Notes: a model not told the origin generated them from the sequence alone. Positions 10,173 through 20,318 are shown, counted from the stretch's first letter. The stretch: DNA of 50,652 nucleotides from Sphingomonas sp. (GCA_031429555.1 JANOZQ010000306.1:1-50652); one strand, 5' to 3'. Numbers and translations are program-made.

Positions 10173-10646
10173 ATGACTTACGCTTCTGAGTTGAGCGCAC
10201 TGCGCGAGGAAATTGAGCAAGGAGGCGCTCGGCCTTCGGTCATTGACAGCAAGGTGAGTTCAATCTTGGGGATTGGAGATGAAAAAATGCCACATGATTT
10301 GTTGGCGTTGTTATCCGACACCGCAGAACACGACGAGGGTATGTTTTCGCTCGTTCATGCAGCCGAGTCAGTTGACGATCTCCCGTATGTGCATGCCTTA
10401 TTGGCCGTCTTTCCCGCACTGGCTTCTTCTTCGCCTCGGTGGGCATCAATCGTTTTGATGAGAGTTCTCAACAACGATAATGCGAAGGAACATATTGTGC
10501 GCGAGTTACGAGCTGCAACACAGAGCGTCAAAACCGCCGTTCGCGAAATCAGCCTTCAAATCAATCGAGTGAGCCCAGAATTTTTGGCGAAAACAGCGCC
10601 GGTTCTGATTGCTGCTGCGCCACCTAAACTCACTCCCGTTCATTGA
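10173..10646 (+). CDS. Imm30-like immunity protein
   Basis: Starts 3 nt after the toxin stop; motif DTAEHDEGMFSLVHAAE..D..YV..LL...P.WA is typical of Imm30. Confidence 0.72.
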   Translation: MTYASELSALREEIEQGGARPSVIDSKVSSILGIGDEKMPHDLLALLSDTAEHDEGMFSLVHAAESVDDLPYVHALLAVFPALASSSPRWASIVLMRVLNNDNAKEHIVRELRAATQSVKTAVREISLQINRVSPEFLAKTAPVLIAAAPPKLTPVH

Positions 10647-11128
10647 TATAGGCCGGCACGGTCGCCTAGCGTTTCCACACAGTCGAGCAGGGCGGGACAC
10701 TCGCCCACCGCGAGACCGGTGCCACCCGCTTTCATACGCCGAACACGCCGCTCTCGCCGCGCCTCCCGGAGGCCGAGTTCAACAGATTGGCGGGCAACTG
10801 GCGCGACAAGGTCTTGCGTGATGCTGGTATCGAGCCGGCTATTGGTATGAAGCAGCCACATGCGCATCACGTCGTCTATGAGAACGGCATCGGCACGGCT
10901 CAGCAAGCCATTGTTAAAGAGGGGCAGGAAATCCTGCGCAGACACGGGCTCGATCCGGTGAAAGGCCTCGAGAACCTCGTTTGGGCACCGAACGTGAAGG
11001 GGCAGCATAATCTTGCAAATCTGACTGCAGAGGTAGATGATCTGAAAGCTGCAGACGCTGCTGGACTAGGTAAATCTGATATTATCGACTTACTTACGAA
11101 GCATGCTGCTGACGCTGCCAAGAGGTAA
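10640..11128 (+). pseudogene. orphan toxin C-terminal cassette, AHH-family HNH/EndoVII nuclease
   Basis: PHAHHVV...GQEILRRHGLDP..GLENLVWAPN...H is the AHH signature. The in-frame upstream segment RFHTVEQGGTLAHRETGATRFHTP matches the pre-toxin region of the full toxin; no proper start. Confidence 0.78.
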
Positions 11129-11721
11129 TGATTATGAACACTGAACCAGTAAAATCGGCACCGCTCATATCAGAGGCCATACGTCAAAGTAACCAAAAAG
11201 AGCTAGCAGCATTGTTTGAAAATTACCCAGAAATGCGTAATTTTCATTTTCCTTCTTTTGGAACTTGGCTTCACTTTGCGGCAGCGCATAGCTCCGTTCA
11301 AATCGTCGATCATCTTGTTGGACTTGGTTACGATGTCAACTCAAGACAAAATCGCGAGGAGGATACTCCACTGAATAACGCTTGTAATGAGGGTAAAGCC
11401 GAAACGGTTGAATATTTTCTAAACCATGGCGCTGAACTCGACGTAAGCACGTCAGTCCGAAATCCGCTTTTCAGTGCAATCGTTGGCAAAAGCCCCGAGT
11501 GTGTCCGGCTGCTCATCGATGCCGGGATTGACACCCGTGCGAGCTATGTTCTCGAGGGCGAGGTGAAAATTCGGTCAGACGCAATCGCTTTCGCGATGCT
11601 GCGAGGTGAAACCGAAATTGCAAATATGATCGCGCTTCACAATGCCGACGGTGATGACGCGAAAGCGCGCGAGCTCGTTGCCGAAGGCGATCGCATCGCG
11701 GAACTGCGAACCGCGGCTTAA
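11128..11721 (+). CDS. ankyrin-repeat protein, probable immunity to the AHH toxin
   Basis: Ankyrin motifs GTWLHFAA, DTPLNNAC, NPLFSAI; TAATG overlap with the AHH stop. Confidence 0.85.
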   Translation: MIMNTEPVKSAPLISEAIRQSNQKELAALFENYPEMRNFHFPSFGTWLHFAAAHSSVQIVDHLVGLGYDVNSRQNREEDTPLNNACNEGKAETVEYFLNHGAELDVSTSVRNPLFSAIVGKSPECVRLLIDAGIDTRASYVLEGEVKIRSDAIAFAMLRGETEIANMIALHNADGDDAKARELVAEGDRIAELRTAA

Positions 11722-12129
11722 GTTGAAGAACCTTCGTGCGTCGGAACAGCTGAGCGCAGTTTCCAGCGCAGGGACAGAATTACATTAACGCTGCATCGTG
11801 AATTGCACGGCACTGTGCAATCTTACGACCTCGTGAATGACGGTTAGGAATTAGGAACTAGCAATTTCATAATACTGTCTTTGGCTGAGCCTACGACCGG
11901 TATCGTGGAGTTTAGAGGCTGCACGTACGTCCGCAATATTGGCAGGAGGGGTCATTCAAAGGTCGCGTGCCGCAATAGCAAGGCCGCATTTGAGATAGGC
12001 AGAATGTCTGCAGTCCGTTAATCGATCACTCTCTTGCGCAAATCCGCAGTAACAATTCCCTTGCATACCCTCGCACCCCATGGCTCACTCGCTCCACCGA
12101 TGCCACATTATAAGAAAAGGGGTCTGTCC

Positions 12130-14172
12130 ATGCGCCGCAATGTCTTCGCCCTGTTGCTGCTCACCACCTCGGCAATTGTTGCTGCCGCGCCGACGCCCAA
12201 GGAGCAGTTGATGCAGCCACCACCTGCGGCGCAGCATTACACGATCAGTTCGGCCGCCGGTAAGCATGGCGATATCTGGTCGTGGAAAACGCCCGACAAC
12301 AAGCTTGCTTATCGCATGTCGATGTCGCTGCGCGGCTGGATTACCGAGACGGATCAGTTGACGACAGTCGGCCCTGATGGTCGTCCGACCACCATCGCTA
12401 TTCGCGGCTATACCGACTCTGGCGACGCGACCGAGGATTTCAGCGTCGATGCCAACGGCATCGCGCGCTGGAAAACCGCAGTCGATGAAGGCAGCGCCCC
12501 CTTCGCCACCAAGCGTTACAGCACGTATGGCGGACCATGGCTGGCGGGCGAGCTTGATATCAATGCGCTGGTGAAGGCCGGACCGAAAGGCATCGAAATG
12601 CTGCCCGCAGGACGTGCGAGCATTTCAATCGGCAAGGCGACCGAGATTGACGGCTCGTCGGGCAAGAAGACGGTGAAGCTCGCCTATATCACCGGGCTTG
12701 GTTTTTCGCCTTCGCCTGTCTGGCTGGATAAGGACAATCACTATTTCGGCACTGCCGGGGTGATCTCACTTCTGCCCGCCGGTTATGAAAAGGCCGGGCC
12801 GAAGCTGAAGGAAATGCAGGACGCGACCGAGGCAGTGATGGTGCGCGACGTTGCCAAACGCTTCCTCAGCCCCGCCAACCGGGCGTCGACACTGGTCGAT
12901 AATGTGCTGCTGTTCGATTCGGAAGCCGGTCGTTACGCGCCAGCCCAGGCGGTGCTGATCGAGGGTGGCAAAGTAACGGCCGTGGGCGCCGCAGGATCGA
13001 TCAAGCCGCCCGCCGGCACCACCCGTATCGACGGGCGCGGCAAGACCTTGCTGCCCGGGCTTTGGGATTCGCATTTACATGTCGGCGGCAGCGACTGGAA
13101 CCTGCTGCAAAATGTGGCGACCGGCATTACCAATTATCGCAGCCCGGGTTCGATGATTGATGAATCACTGAGCATCATCAAGCGCCGCGCGGCAGGCGAG
13201 CTGCTCGCGCCCGATGGCAAGATATCGGTCATTATTGACCGCAGGGATCCGCTGGCAGCCCAAGGCGCGTTGACGGTTAGCACAGCCGAAGAAGCGATCA
13301 CTGCCGTGGACAAAATTAAAGCGGCGGGCCTGTGGGGTGCCAAATTTTACACCTCGATGACGCCCGCATGGATCGCCCCCGCAGCTGCCGAGGCGCACAA
13401 GTTGGGGCTGCATGTCCATGGCCATATCCCTGCCGGGATGCGTCCGATCGAGGCGGTGCGAGCGGGCTATGATGAGATCACTCACATCAACTTCATCATG
13501 ATGCAGGCGATGCCGCAAGCGGTGGTCGACAAGGCCAACACCGCCGCGCGGCTCGAAGGTCCGGCTAAATATGGCAAGGATGTTGATCTCGATTCGCCCG
13601 AAATGCGTGCCTTTTATGCCGAACTTTCCGAGCGCAAGACGATTGTCGATCCGACGTTGGTGGTCTGGGAAGGTTTGCTGACATCGGACGGCAGCGCGAT
13701 CATGCCCGCTTACGCCCCATTCGCGCCAATCTCTCCGCCCGCAGTATCGCGCGGTTTCAAGATCGGCGGCTATCCGCTGTTCGACGGCCTGACCCGCAAC
13801 GATTTCCGCGCGAGTTTTGCCAAGATGGTGGGCGTCGTCGGGCGTCTGCACAAGGCCGGCGTGCGCATTGTCGCCGGCACCGACGGTTCGGGGATCGAGC
13901 TGGTCCGCGAGCTCGAACTTTACCAGCAGGCGGGGCTGACAAACGAAGAAGCGCTGCAGACCGCAACCATTGGTCCAGCACGGATGACGGGCATGGACGA
14001 TCGGCTCGGCTCGATCGCACCGGGCAAGACCGCGAGCATGATCCTGGTCGAAGGCGATGCCTCAAAAGACATGGCTGCACTCCGCCGGATTACCACCGTG
14101 TTCCTCGACGGCTATCGGCTGAATGCTGACGACCTGCGCAAGGCCAGCGGATTCAGCGGGGGGCCGAAGTAA
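12130..14172 (+). CDS. exported amidohydrolase family protein
   Basis: Signal peptide from Met 12130; DGRGKTLLPGLWDSHLH, HVHGH, EITH, AGTD, GSIAPGKTA motifs. Confidence 0.9.
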   Translation: MRRNVFALLLLTTSAIVAAAPTPKEQLMQPPPAAQHYTISSAAGKHGDIWSWKTPDNKLAYRMSMSLRGWITETDQLTTVGPDGRPTTIAIRGYTDSGDATEDFSVDANGIARWKTAVDEGSAPFATKRYSTYGGPWLAGELDINALVKAGPKGIEMLPAGRASISIGKATEIDGSSGKKTVKLAYITGLGFSPSPVWLDKDNHYFGTAGVISLLPAGYEKAGPKLKEMQDATEAVMVRDVAKRFLSPANRASTLVDNVLLFDSEAGRYAPAQAVLIEGGKVTAVGAAGSIKPPAGTTRIDGRGKTLLPGLWDSHLHVGGSDWNLLQNVATGITNYRSPGSMIDESLSIIKRRAAGELLAPDGKISVIIDRRDPLAAQGALTVSTAEEAITAVDKIKAAGLWGAKFYTSMTPAWIAPAAAEAHKLGLHVHGHIPAGMRPIEAVRAGYDEITHINFIMMQAMPQAVVDKANTAARLEGPAKYGKDVDLDSPEMRAFYAELSERKTIVDPTLVVWEGLLTSDGSAIMPAYAPFAPISPPAVSRGFKIGGYPLFDGLTRNDFRASFAKMVGVVGRLHKAGVRIVAGTDGSGIELVRELELYQQAGLTNEEALQTATIGPARMTGMDDRLGSIAPGKTASMILVEGDASKDMAALRRITTVFLDGYRLNADDLRKASGFSGGPK

Positions 14173-14786
14173 CAGGTACTCGATTCATATACAGTCTTTC
14201 TGGTTCGGATGGAGACATTTTTCGGGAAGCAGGACTGTTCGGATCGACTAAATGGCCGTCGTCCGACTAACGCTCGAATGTCGCCTTTCGCAATAGCGCG
14301 AACTCATTCTCAGACCAACATCGTTCAGTTGTCGCGTTTGGCTGGGGATGAACGTAAGGCAGGTTTCGACGGGCCAATTTGAGCTTGTGAGCGACAGGCT
14401 TGTTTGGCGCAACAGGCCGCTCATATATGTATTACCCTTGGAATTAGCCGCGAGAAACGTTCAAGAAGATCGCCGTTAATTAATGTTTGGTATCGTCGAT
14501 AACCAACCTTTGCAGGTTGCCTATTAAAGCGGGTTACGAGTGGCGTCCGAGGGGGGAGTGACGGCGTGACCACACCGAACTACTGCTGTTTCAGGTGATT
14601 GGTCTCACGCCCGTTGAAAGGAATTGTTCGTATCGCGTAAGGAAGATCTGCTTCCTCGCAAGCCTATCGGAGCCGCAGATCGCGTACGAACCCGCGAGGT
14701 ATCTCGGGCACCCAGTCCAAAGTCCAAATCGTGATTGAATTCATCGCAAGGCCTTTCAAGTGCGAATTTACTTTTGTCGATGTCGA

Positions 14787-15104
14787 TCATCGGACTTGCG
14801 GCGGAGCCGAGCACATATCCGCGCTACCAATATGAGCCGTCCTCGTCCGCTTGTTAAACAAGCACAAGTTCGAGTCTGCCGATCCGCGCGACCGGTTGGA
14901 TACCAGTATAGTGACCACACCGACGCGGTTGTCAAAACCCAAAATCTGCGACGCGCGAGGGTCGCAGATGCCGCTGGCGATGATGCTCGCGCGTGTCACT
15001 TGGGCATTGAACTGGCCCCAGGCCTTATTGCTCGAGGCGTAAACGGCGCTACTGCCGCCGGCAAGGCCGACAATGGCCAGCGAAACAAGGTGAAACAGCT
15101 TCAT
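14787..15104 (-). CDS. small exported hypothetical protein
   Basis: Signal peptide MKLFHLVSLAIVGLAGGSSAVYA; GGAG RBS upstream; LCLFNKRTR motif. Confidence 0.55.
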   Translation of the reverse strand: MKLFHLVSLAIVGLAGGSSAVYASSNKAWGQFNAQVTRASIIASGICDPRASQILGFDNRVGVVTILVSNRSRGSADSNLCLFNKRTRTAHIGSADMCSAPPQVR

Positions 15105-15117
15105 TTTCAGTCTCCTT

Positions 15118-15198
15118 TATGGCGTTGCGCTTGTCGGGGCGCGCCAACCGAATTGCGCAAACCCTATCGTTGTGTTCGACCGCGACAAACTTGGTCAT
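15118..15198 (-). pseudogene. N-terminal fragment of an enoyl-CoA hydratase/isomerase
   Basis: MTKFVAVEHNDRVCAIRLARPDKRNAI is a crotonase N-terminal motif. ATGA overlap with the upstream fragment; similarity is lost after about 27 codons. Confidence 0.6.
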
Positions 15199-15535
15199 TG
15201 GTTCGCCTTTGTCGACATCGCTGCCATCGTCGCCCTTGCCTTTGTCGAGACCGGCGTCTGGGGTTTGCTTTCCCGCGTGAATGCCGAGATATCCTGCATC
15301 CGCACCACCGTGCCCGTGCCGCCCCATGTGCCATCAGGGATTTCGTGCAGGAAGCACCAGACCCGAAACTGATGATGCGGCAAGGGATCGACACCTTCCG
15401 CTTTGAGGATCAGCGCGGTTGCGCGCTCGAACATCTCGGCACGGCGCGGGGCCGACATCGGACCATGCAGCCCGCGCGTATACGACGGGTCGACCTTGAG
15501 GAGTTGTTTGTAAAAAGCATCCTCCCGAGAGCGGC
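15195..15535 (-). pseudogene. tautomerase-family C-terminal fragment
   Basis: RVWCFLHEIPDGTWGGTG is a tautomerase-superfamily C-terminal motif; the N-terminus is replaced by an integrase fragment. Confidence 0.55.
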
Positions 15536-15770
15536 TTAGCTTTCTTCGAGGAATGCCGCCCACGCCGTCATCATCGGCCTTCGCTTCTCAAGTGCATCGC
15601 CGCGGCTGTAAGCGCGCTCGACTGCGTTTCCGATTTGCTGGGCAAGGGCTGCCTCCACAATCTCTCGTGGGAACTGCGTGCCCTCGCCGACCCAATCCCG
15701 AAAGGTCGAGCGAAAACCATAGGCCGTGATATCGTCGACCTTCATCCGACGCAGTAGCATGTTCATGCTC
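15536..15770 (-). pseudogene. C-terminal fragment of a P4-like tyrosine integrase
   Basis: ITAYGFRSTFRDW (H to Y in HGFR), VEAALAQ (H to Q), VERAYSRGDALEKRRPMM.AWA. Confidence 0.85.
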
Positions 15771-16473
15771 AGCCGAGCGCGTCGGCCACGGGCGTGCGAT
15801 ATGAAAACCCACCCCCCGGCTGATGATCGCGCCGCGCCAGTCGCGCCAAAGCCTCATGCGCGCCCCCTTTGGCAACAGCGGGCGTCCAATAGCTTGCCGA
15901 ATAGCGGTGAACATCGGCATCGGGATTGGCATAATCCTCATCGAACGCGACCCCGTCAGTCATATCGAGCAAGTGGCGGACATTGGCCACGGCGAAACCG
16001 CTGCCGCTCAGTTCGGGTACATAGTGCGTTACCGGCGCACCGGGATCGAGCAGCCCATCAGCAATGAGCATCTCGCCAAGCAGTCCAACAAAGGATTTGG
16101 TGATCGAAAAAGCATGGTGAGGCGTTTGTGCGGTCATGCCGTTAAGGTAGCATTCGTGGATGATCGCGCCCTCATGCAGGACGATCATCGCATCCGAAAA
16201 CGTGCGTTTCTCGAACTCTGCCCAGCTTATGATCCCGCCTTCACCATCATCAAAGCGCAGCCCGTCAAGCTATAGCGGGCGCTCAACCAAGTGACGCGGG
16301 TTGGCGCTTCGACGCAATCCACGCGATGGCACCAGCTCGCGCGTATGCTGGAACGCCCAGCGCGAAAAGGGATAAAGCCGCCAATTCGCGCGCGTTACGC
16401 GGCGTTCGATCGGAATATCGAGGCCGGGGCCAATCCCGGCGCTGGGCCAATCGAGCAAGGGCGGCAAAATCAT
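15769..16473 (-). pseudogene. serine hydrolase (beta-lactamase/NylB-like), nonsense-disrupted and truncated
   Basis: NWRLYPFSRWAFQH N-terminus; in-frame TAG at 16270-16272; continues to FSITKS (SxxK), VRHLLDM, FSYRT; ends at the integrase fragment. Confidence 0.8.
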
Positions 16474-17579
16474 CGTGTCGTGGGATAGCGGATCACCAAC
16501 GATTGTTCACGCCGCCATTGCGCGATGAATGATCGCCAGCTGTCGGGCTTCACCCCGCGCTTGCGGTTGGCCGCGCTGACCTTGAACAGCAGCGAGAATT
16601 GCCCGCACAGCGCGCCCCACGCCTCGAGCAGGGTCGTGCGGCTGTCCCAGATATGCGTCATTTCCGCACCAGCGCCGTTATACTCGATGATCGCGAAATC
16701 TTCCCCGCTTTGGAAAGCGCCGAAATCAGCAAAGCGAACATCGAACCGGCCGAAATAGAAACCGTCGATCGCGTCGGCAATGGCATCAAACCTGACACGC
16801 ATCGCCTCGGTGATATAGGCATTGCCATTGCGGAAAATCGCGCCTTTCGAATGGCTGCCCGAAAAGACCAGCCGCTTGGCTTCACCAATCGTCAGGACGC
16901 GGTCAAGTTCGTCTTTGAACCGCTTGAGATAAAGCTGCGGCACGAGGCCTGCGCGGGGGTCAGCCTGTATCAATTCGCGCAAGGTTAAACGACCGTCTCC
17001 GACGACGCGAGGAAAATATTTGAGGGTGAGCGATACAATCTTGCCTTGTCGTGCACCAGGTTCGCGGACGTAGAAGACACCTGCTTCGCCCTTAACGTCG
17101 ATCATCTGCTGTAGCAAAAAAGTTGCGCCTGGCGGAAAAGCTTCGAGATAGTCCCACAGCTGAGCAGAGGAACGGATCGGTTGCACCCCGGCACCGCGAC
17201 AACCGATATCGGGTTTTGCGACGAGTGGATAGTCGAGACCCGCAGCGTCGATGCGCGCCATCATAAGCGGCCACTGTGCCTCAACGGGCGCTGCCCAGCG
17301 GTTTATCGCCACATAGTCGGGCAAATACCTGCGCTGGAGCCCGCTTAGCCGCGCGAATAGCTTACTCTTCTCTTCCCCAACAAGTCCGGCGGCAGGAAAA
17401 CCGGGATTGGCAACTAGTGGCAAGCGGATGCTGCGGTAGCGGATCATCAAGCCGATAATCCAAAGCCAGATCGGCGCATAGAAGAGCCAGCCCGGCCAAA
17501 ACTCAAAGTACGAGACAGCAGGGCCACCGCCGAATGCAGGCATCGCTACACCGCTGATGCTTCCTTCAGGCTGCGACAC
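16470..17579 (-). CDS. ATP-grasp (D-Ala-D-Ala ligase-like) protein
   Basis: YPLVAKPDIGCRGAGV, FLLQQMI, GEAGVFY, FYFGRFDVRF, IIEYNG. Confidence 0.8.
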   Translation of the reverse strand: MSQPEGSISGVAMPAFGGGPAVSYFEFWPGWLFYAPIWLWIIGLMIRYRSIRLPLVANPGFPAAGLVGEEKSKLFARLSGLQRRYLPDYVAINRWAAPVEAQWPLMMARIDAAGLDYPLVAKPDIGCRGAGVQPIRSSAQLWDYLEAFPPGATFLLQQMIDVKGEAGVFYVREPGARQGKIVSLTLKYFPRVVGDGRLTLRELIQADPRAGLVPQLYLKRFKDELDRVLTIGEAKRLVFSGSHSKGAIFRNGNAYITEAMRVRFDAIADAIDGFYFGRFDVRFADFGAFQSGEDFAIIEYNGAGAEMTHIWDSRTTLLEAWGALCGQFSLLFKVSAANRKRGVKPDSWRSFIAQWRREQSLVIRYPTTR

Positions 17580-18789
17580 GATAATCGTCCGGAGTTACAA
17601 ATGAAGTCGTACGGCGCACCTGCCCAATGCAGTCAATCAAGATGACTTCGAACAGGTCACGCTGAACATTGCTGCCACCGATTTCGCCAATTTGGCGGCG
17701 AACAGAGGCGATGTTTGACGCCGCGACGCTAAAATCGTCTCTGGCATGCGCGATAATGGCGCGTGCCAATGCGCCTGCTACGCGCTTGCTTTGCAATCCC
17801 TCACTCAGGCACGAAGCTGCCGCGTCGCGACCGCTCCGCACGAGCGCGATCAAGTAAAGGAGATCGATGAAGTCACTCAGCCGGTCACTCACTCGGTCTT
17901 TAACATAAAACGCAATGTCGTCCCAACGCCACGCCGGACACGCTCCTTGCATTTCGAGCCGGATCAGCAGCGAAATCGCATTGATCTGATCCTGCACATG
18001 GCCTTTGCGCGCGCCCCAAACATATTCGTCGAAGATCGCAAACGCAGCACCGCGATTGCCAAGGTCAAGCTCCAACAAGGCAAGATGCCACCAATTATGC
18101 GTCAGCATGAACGAAGAGCAGCGATCCCAGCTAGGCGCAACGCTGCGCAAAAACGCGCGCGCCTCGATTGGCTGATCCATCGCGATCAGCGCATGGGCAA
18201 AGGCATGTTGCGCCCAGGGATCGCAGACCGGATTGAGGTCTAGCGCACGGCGCGCAAAGCGAAGCGCGACTTCGGGATGGCCCGCTTGTTCAAGCGCAAA
18301 GGCGTGAAGACCAAGGGCATAGCCGCTACGTCCCTCGACTGCTGCGACCATCGCCGACGTCCGGACCATCCCACCAACATCTCCCACGCCCAATTCAAGG
18401 ATTTGGCATAGTTTGGCGGCCACAAGATCTTGAGGGGTAATTTCGACGACCCGCCGCAGCATCAAAATCGCGCCGCGATCATCGCCTTGCCCCCAAGCTG
18501 CAATCGCACTGATCGTATCGGCCTCCCGCTCGCTACACATCGGACTTAAATTCAGCGCGGCAGCAATATGCGGCGCGGCCTGGGCCTGGCCATCACGAGT
18601 CATTTGGGTCAGGTAAAGTACAGCTGCATAAGCATGCCCGATCGCGCATTCGGGGTCCGCGGCGAGCGCGTCAAAGATGACCCGCGCGCCCGATCCATGG
18701 CTCACCAATTCATGTGCAAATACGTGGATCGCGCTGGCGGCGGCCGGGGCAATCGTGGTGATTGGCAGAAAGTAATAATCCTCATTCAT
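17566..18789 (-). CDS. TTC38-like tetratricopeptide protein
   Basis: GLHAFALEQ, DPWAQHAFAH, FMLTHNWWHLAL, IGGSNVQRDLF motifs. Confidence 0.8.
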   Translation of the reverse strand: MNEDYYFLPITTIAPAAASAIHVFAHELVSHGSGARVIFDALAADPECAIGHAYAAVLYLTQMTRDGQAQAAPHIAAALNLSPMCSEREADTISAIAAWGQGDDRGAILMLRRVVEITPQDLVAAKLCQILELGVGDVGGMVRTSAMVAAVEGRSGYALGLHAFALEQAGHPEVALRFARRALDLNPVCDPWAQHAFAHALIAMDQPIEARAFLRSVAPSWDRCSSFMLTHNWWHLALLELDLGNRGAAFAIFDEYVWGARKGHVQDQINAISLLIRLEMQGACPAWRWDDIAFYVKDRVSDRLSDFIDLLYLIALVRSGRDAAASCLSEGLQSKRVAGALARAIIAHARDDFSVAASNIASVRRQIGEIGGSNVQRDLFEVILIDCIGQVRRTTSFVTPDDYRVAA

Positions 18790-18810
18790 GTCACGATCCT
18801 CTCTTCTTTT

Positions 18811-19383
18811 CTAAAGTCCGGTATTTGCCAATGATTTTGCTTGCCGTGATCGCCCGAAAAGCAGGGCGCCGCAGCCGATCAACAATGCGGCAGGTAAGGC
18901 GGTGGTCAGAAGATGTTGCGCACCAACTTCGCCTGCAACATACGCGACCGCGAACAGCCCACCCGTCCAGAACGGTGTTGTCAGGCCGATGATCGCGGCG
19001 ACAGGGATGAAAGGCGCTGCGACCAATCCGCTCGCCGTATACACTGGCAGTCGGAATCCCGGCGCAAAGCGCGCGGCGAAGACCAAAATGAGCGCTCGGC
19101 CAGCAATCCAGCCTTCAGCGCGCTTCACATCGGCGCGCGCCCGCAGTTTTTGACCCATTCTTGTTTCGCCACCCCAGCGACCAAGCGCATAAAGCGCAAG
19201 GTCACCAATCGCTGTCCCAAGGATGACACCCGTTAAAGCCGCCACGGGATCAGCACCGGTTTGCGCGACAAAAACACCCGCCGCGATTGTCGCGACATCT
19301 TCGACAATGAAGGTTGCGAAGAACAGGGTCAGTCCGAGCAACAGCGGATGCTGGCTGAGCAAGAGGAGTAGATCGGCGAGCAT
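18811..19383 (-). CDS. DedA/VTT-domain membrane protein
   Basis: ATFIVED, IGDLALYALGR, ARFAPGFRLPVY. Confidence 0.85.
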   Translation of the reverse strand: MLADLLLLLSQHPLLLGLTLFFATFIVEDVATIAAGVFVAQTGADPVAALTGVILGTAIGDLALYALGRWGGETRMGQKLRARADVKRAEGWIAGRALILVFAARFAPGFRLPVYTASGLVAAPFIPVAAIIGLTTPFWTGGLFAVAYVAGEVGAQHLLTTALPAALLIGCGALLFGRSRQAKSLANTGL

Positions 19384-19384
19384 C

Positions 19385-19861
19385 TTACTTGGTTCCGCGA
19401 ACGCGGCTGATTAGATCAGCGATGATGTCGCGGCTCAGCCACAGCAAAGCCGCTCCCGCTATCCACACACCGCAAGCCAGCGCGAACAATTCGCCGCTGT
19501 CGCGCGTTCCGTCGGTGTTGAGCACTGAGACACCAAGCGGCGTGAAAAGGTGGAAGAAAATCGCCCCTGAAATTACGCCCACCGCCATCACGGCACCAAT
19601 AGGACGCAGGATGCGAAACACCGTCGTCAAGCCTGTCAACAGCAGAGCAGAGGCAATCAGTTCGCCGGTGCCCACGACATATTGCGAGAAAATGCCGGTC
19701 GGCGCAAATAGCCCGGGCCAGCCGAGCGAAGCCCCCCACGCATCAAGCGTTTCGAAAATATATTGCGTTTCAGGCGAATTGGTGAACTTAAAAAACAACG
19801 ACTGGATGAAGACGAACGCAATGTAGAGCGTTAGCACTGTCGGTATGTGACGGCGTATCAT
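19385..19861 (-). CDS. DoxX-like membrane protein
   Basis: Four TM segments; IQSLFFKFT..PET.YIF, VGTGELIA, GAIFFHLFTPLG; AGGAG RBS before Met 19861. Confidence 0.75.
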   Translation of the reverse strand: MIRRHIPTVLTLYIAFVFIQSLFFKFTNSPETQYIFETLDAWGASLGWPGLFAPTGIFSQYVVGTGELIASALLLTGLTTVFRILRPIGAVMAVGVISGAIFFHLFTPLGVSVLNTDGTRDSGELFALACGVWIAGAALLWLSRDIIADLISRVRGTK

Positions 19862-19985
19862 GGCAATCTCTCCTCGGTGGTTCCGATGCAGATGTAATTG
19901 CCCGATGCGCGACAAGCGTTGAAATCACCTTTGGTTATCGTTTCGATACATGAACGGTGCCGAGCGCTTCCGGCCCCAAAAAAAT

Positions 19986-20011
19986 GCAACCCTATTTGGC
20001 TGGGCAACGAA
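19986..20011 (+). promoter_or_regulatory. SigF (ECF16)-type promoter, variant GCAACC-N16-CGAA
   Basis: GCAACC 19986-19991, 16-nt spacer, CGAA 20008-20011; upstream of the YHS remnant. Confidence 0.6.
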
Positions 20012-20051
20012 CCGAGATGAAATATACGGCTGAAATTGCAAAGGATGATCC

Positions 20052-20318
20052 ATGGCCAAATAGGTTGCTACTCTCGTTTCGGTGGGGCTTGGATGCAGCC
20101 TGGCATTCCTGCCGACACAAGGATTTGCAAAGACCGAACCAGTTTACACCGAAACGTTCAGCAACGTGGCCGTATCGGGCGATCCTAATGTCTGGAAAAT
20201 TGTAGGCGGCAAGTTAGACCTCAATTGCGGTCGTGAAGTCGGCAGCCGTCAGGGCAAGAATATTCCGGGTCATATCCGCTCGGCCAATGCCAATTGGCCG
20301 AAGCTTCTTGCCAAATAG
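20052..20318 (+). pseudogene. YHS-domain family protein remnant
   Basis: ATG 20052, in-frame TAG at 20061. EPVYTETFSNVAVSG is fused directly to DPNVWKIVGGKL.LN...ANANWPKLL, so the central part is deleted. Confidence 0.7.

Noticed and set aside
14173-14786. Long intergenic region as an ncRNA or hidden gene
   Set aside because: No convincing ORF, repeat or recognisable RNA motif by eye.
19910-19945. Minus-strand SigF promoter for the DoxX operon
   Set aside because: ATAACC is present but there is no CGAA at the 16-nt spacing.
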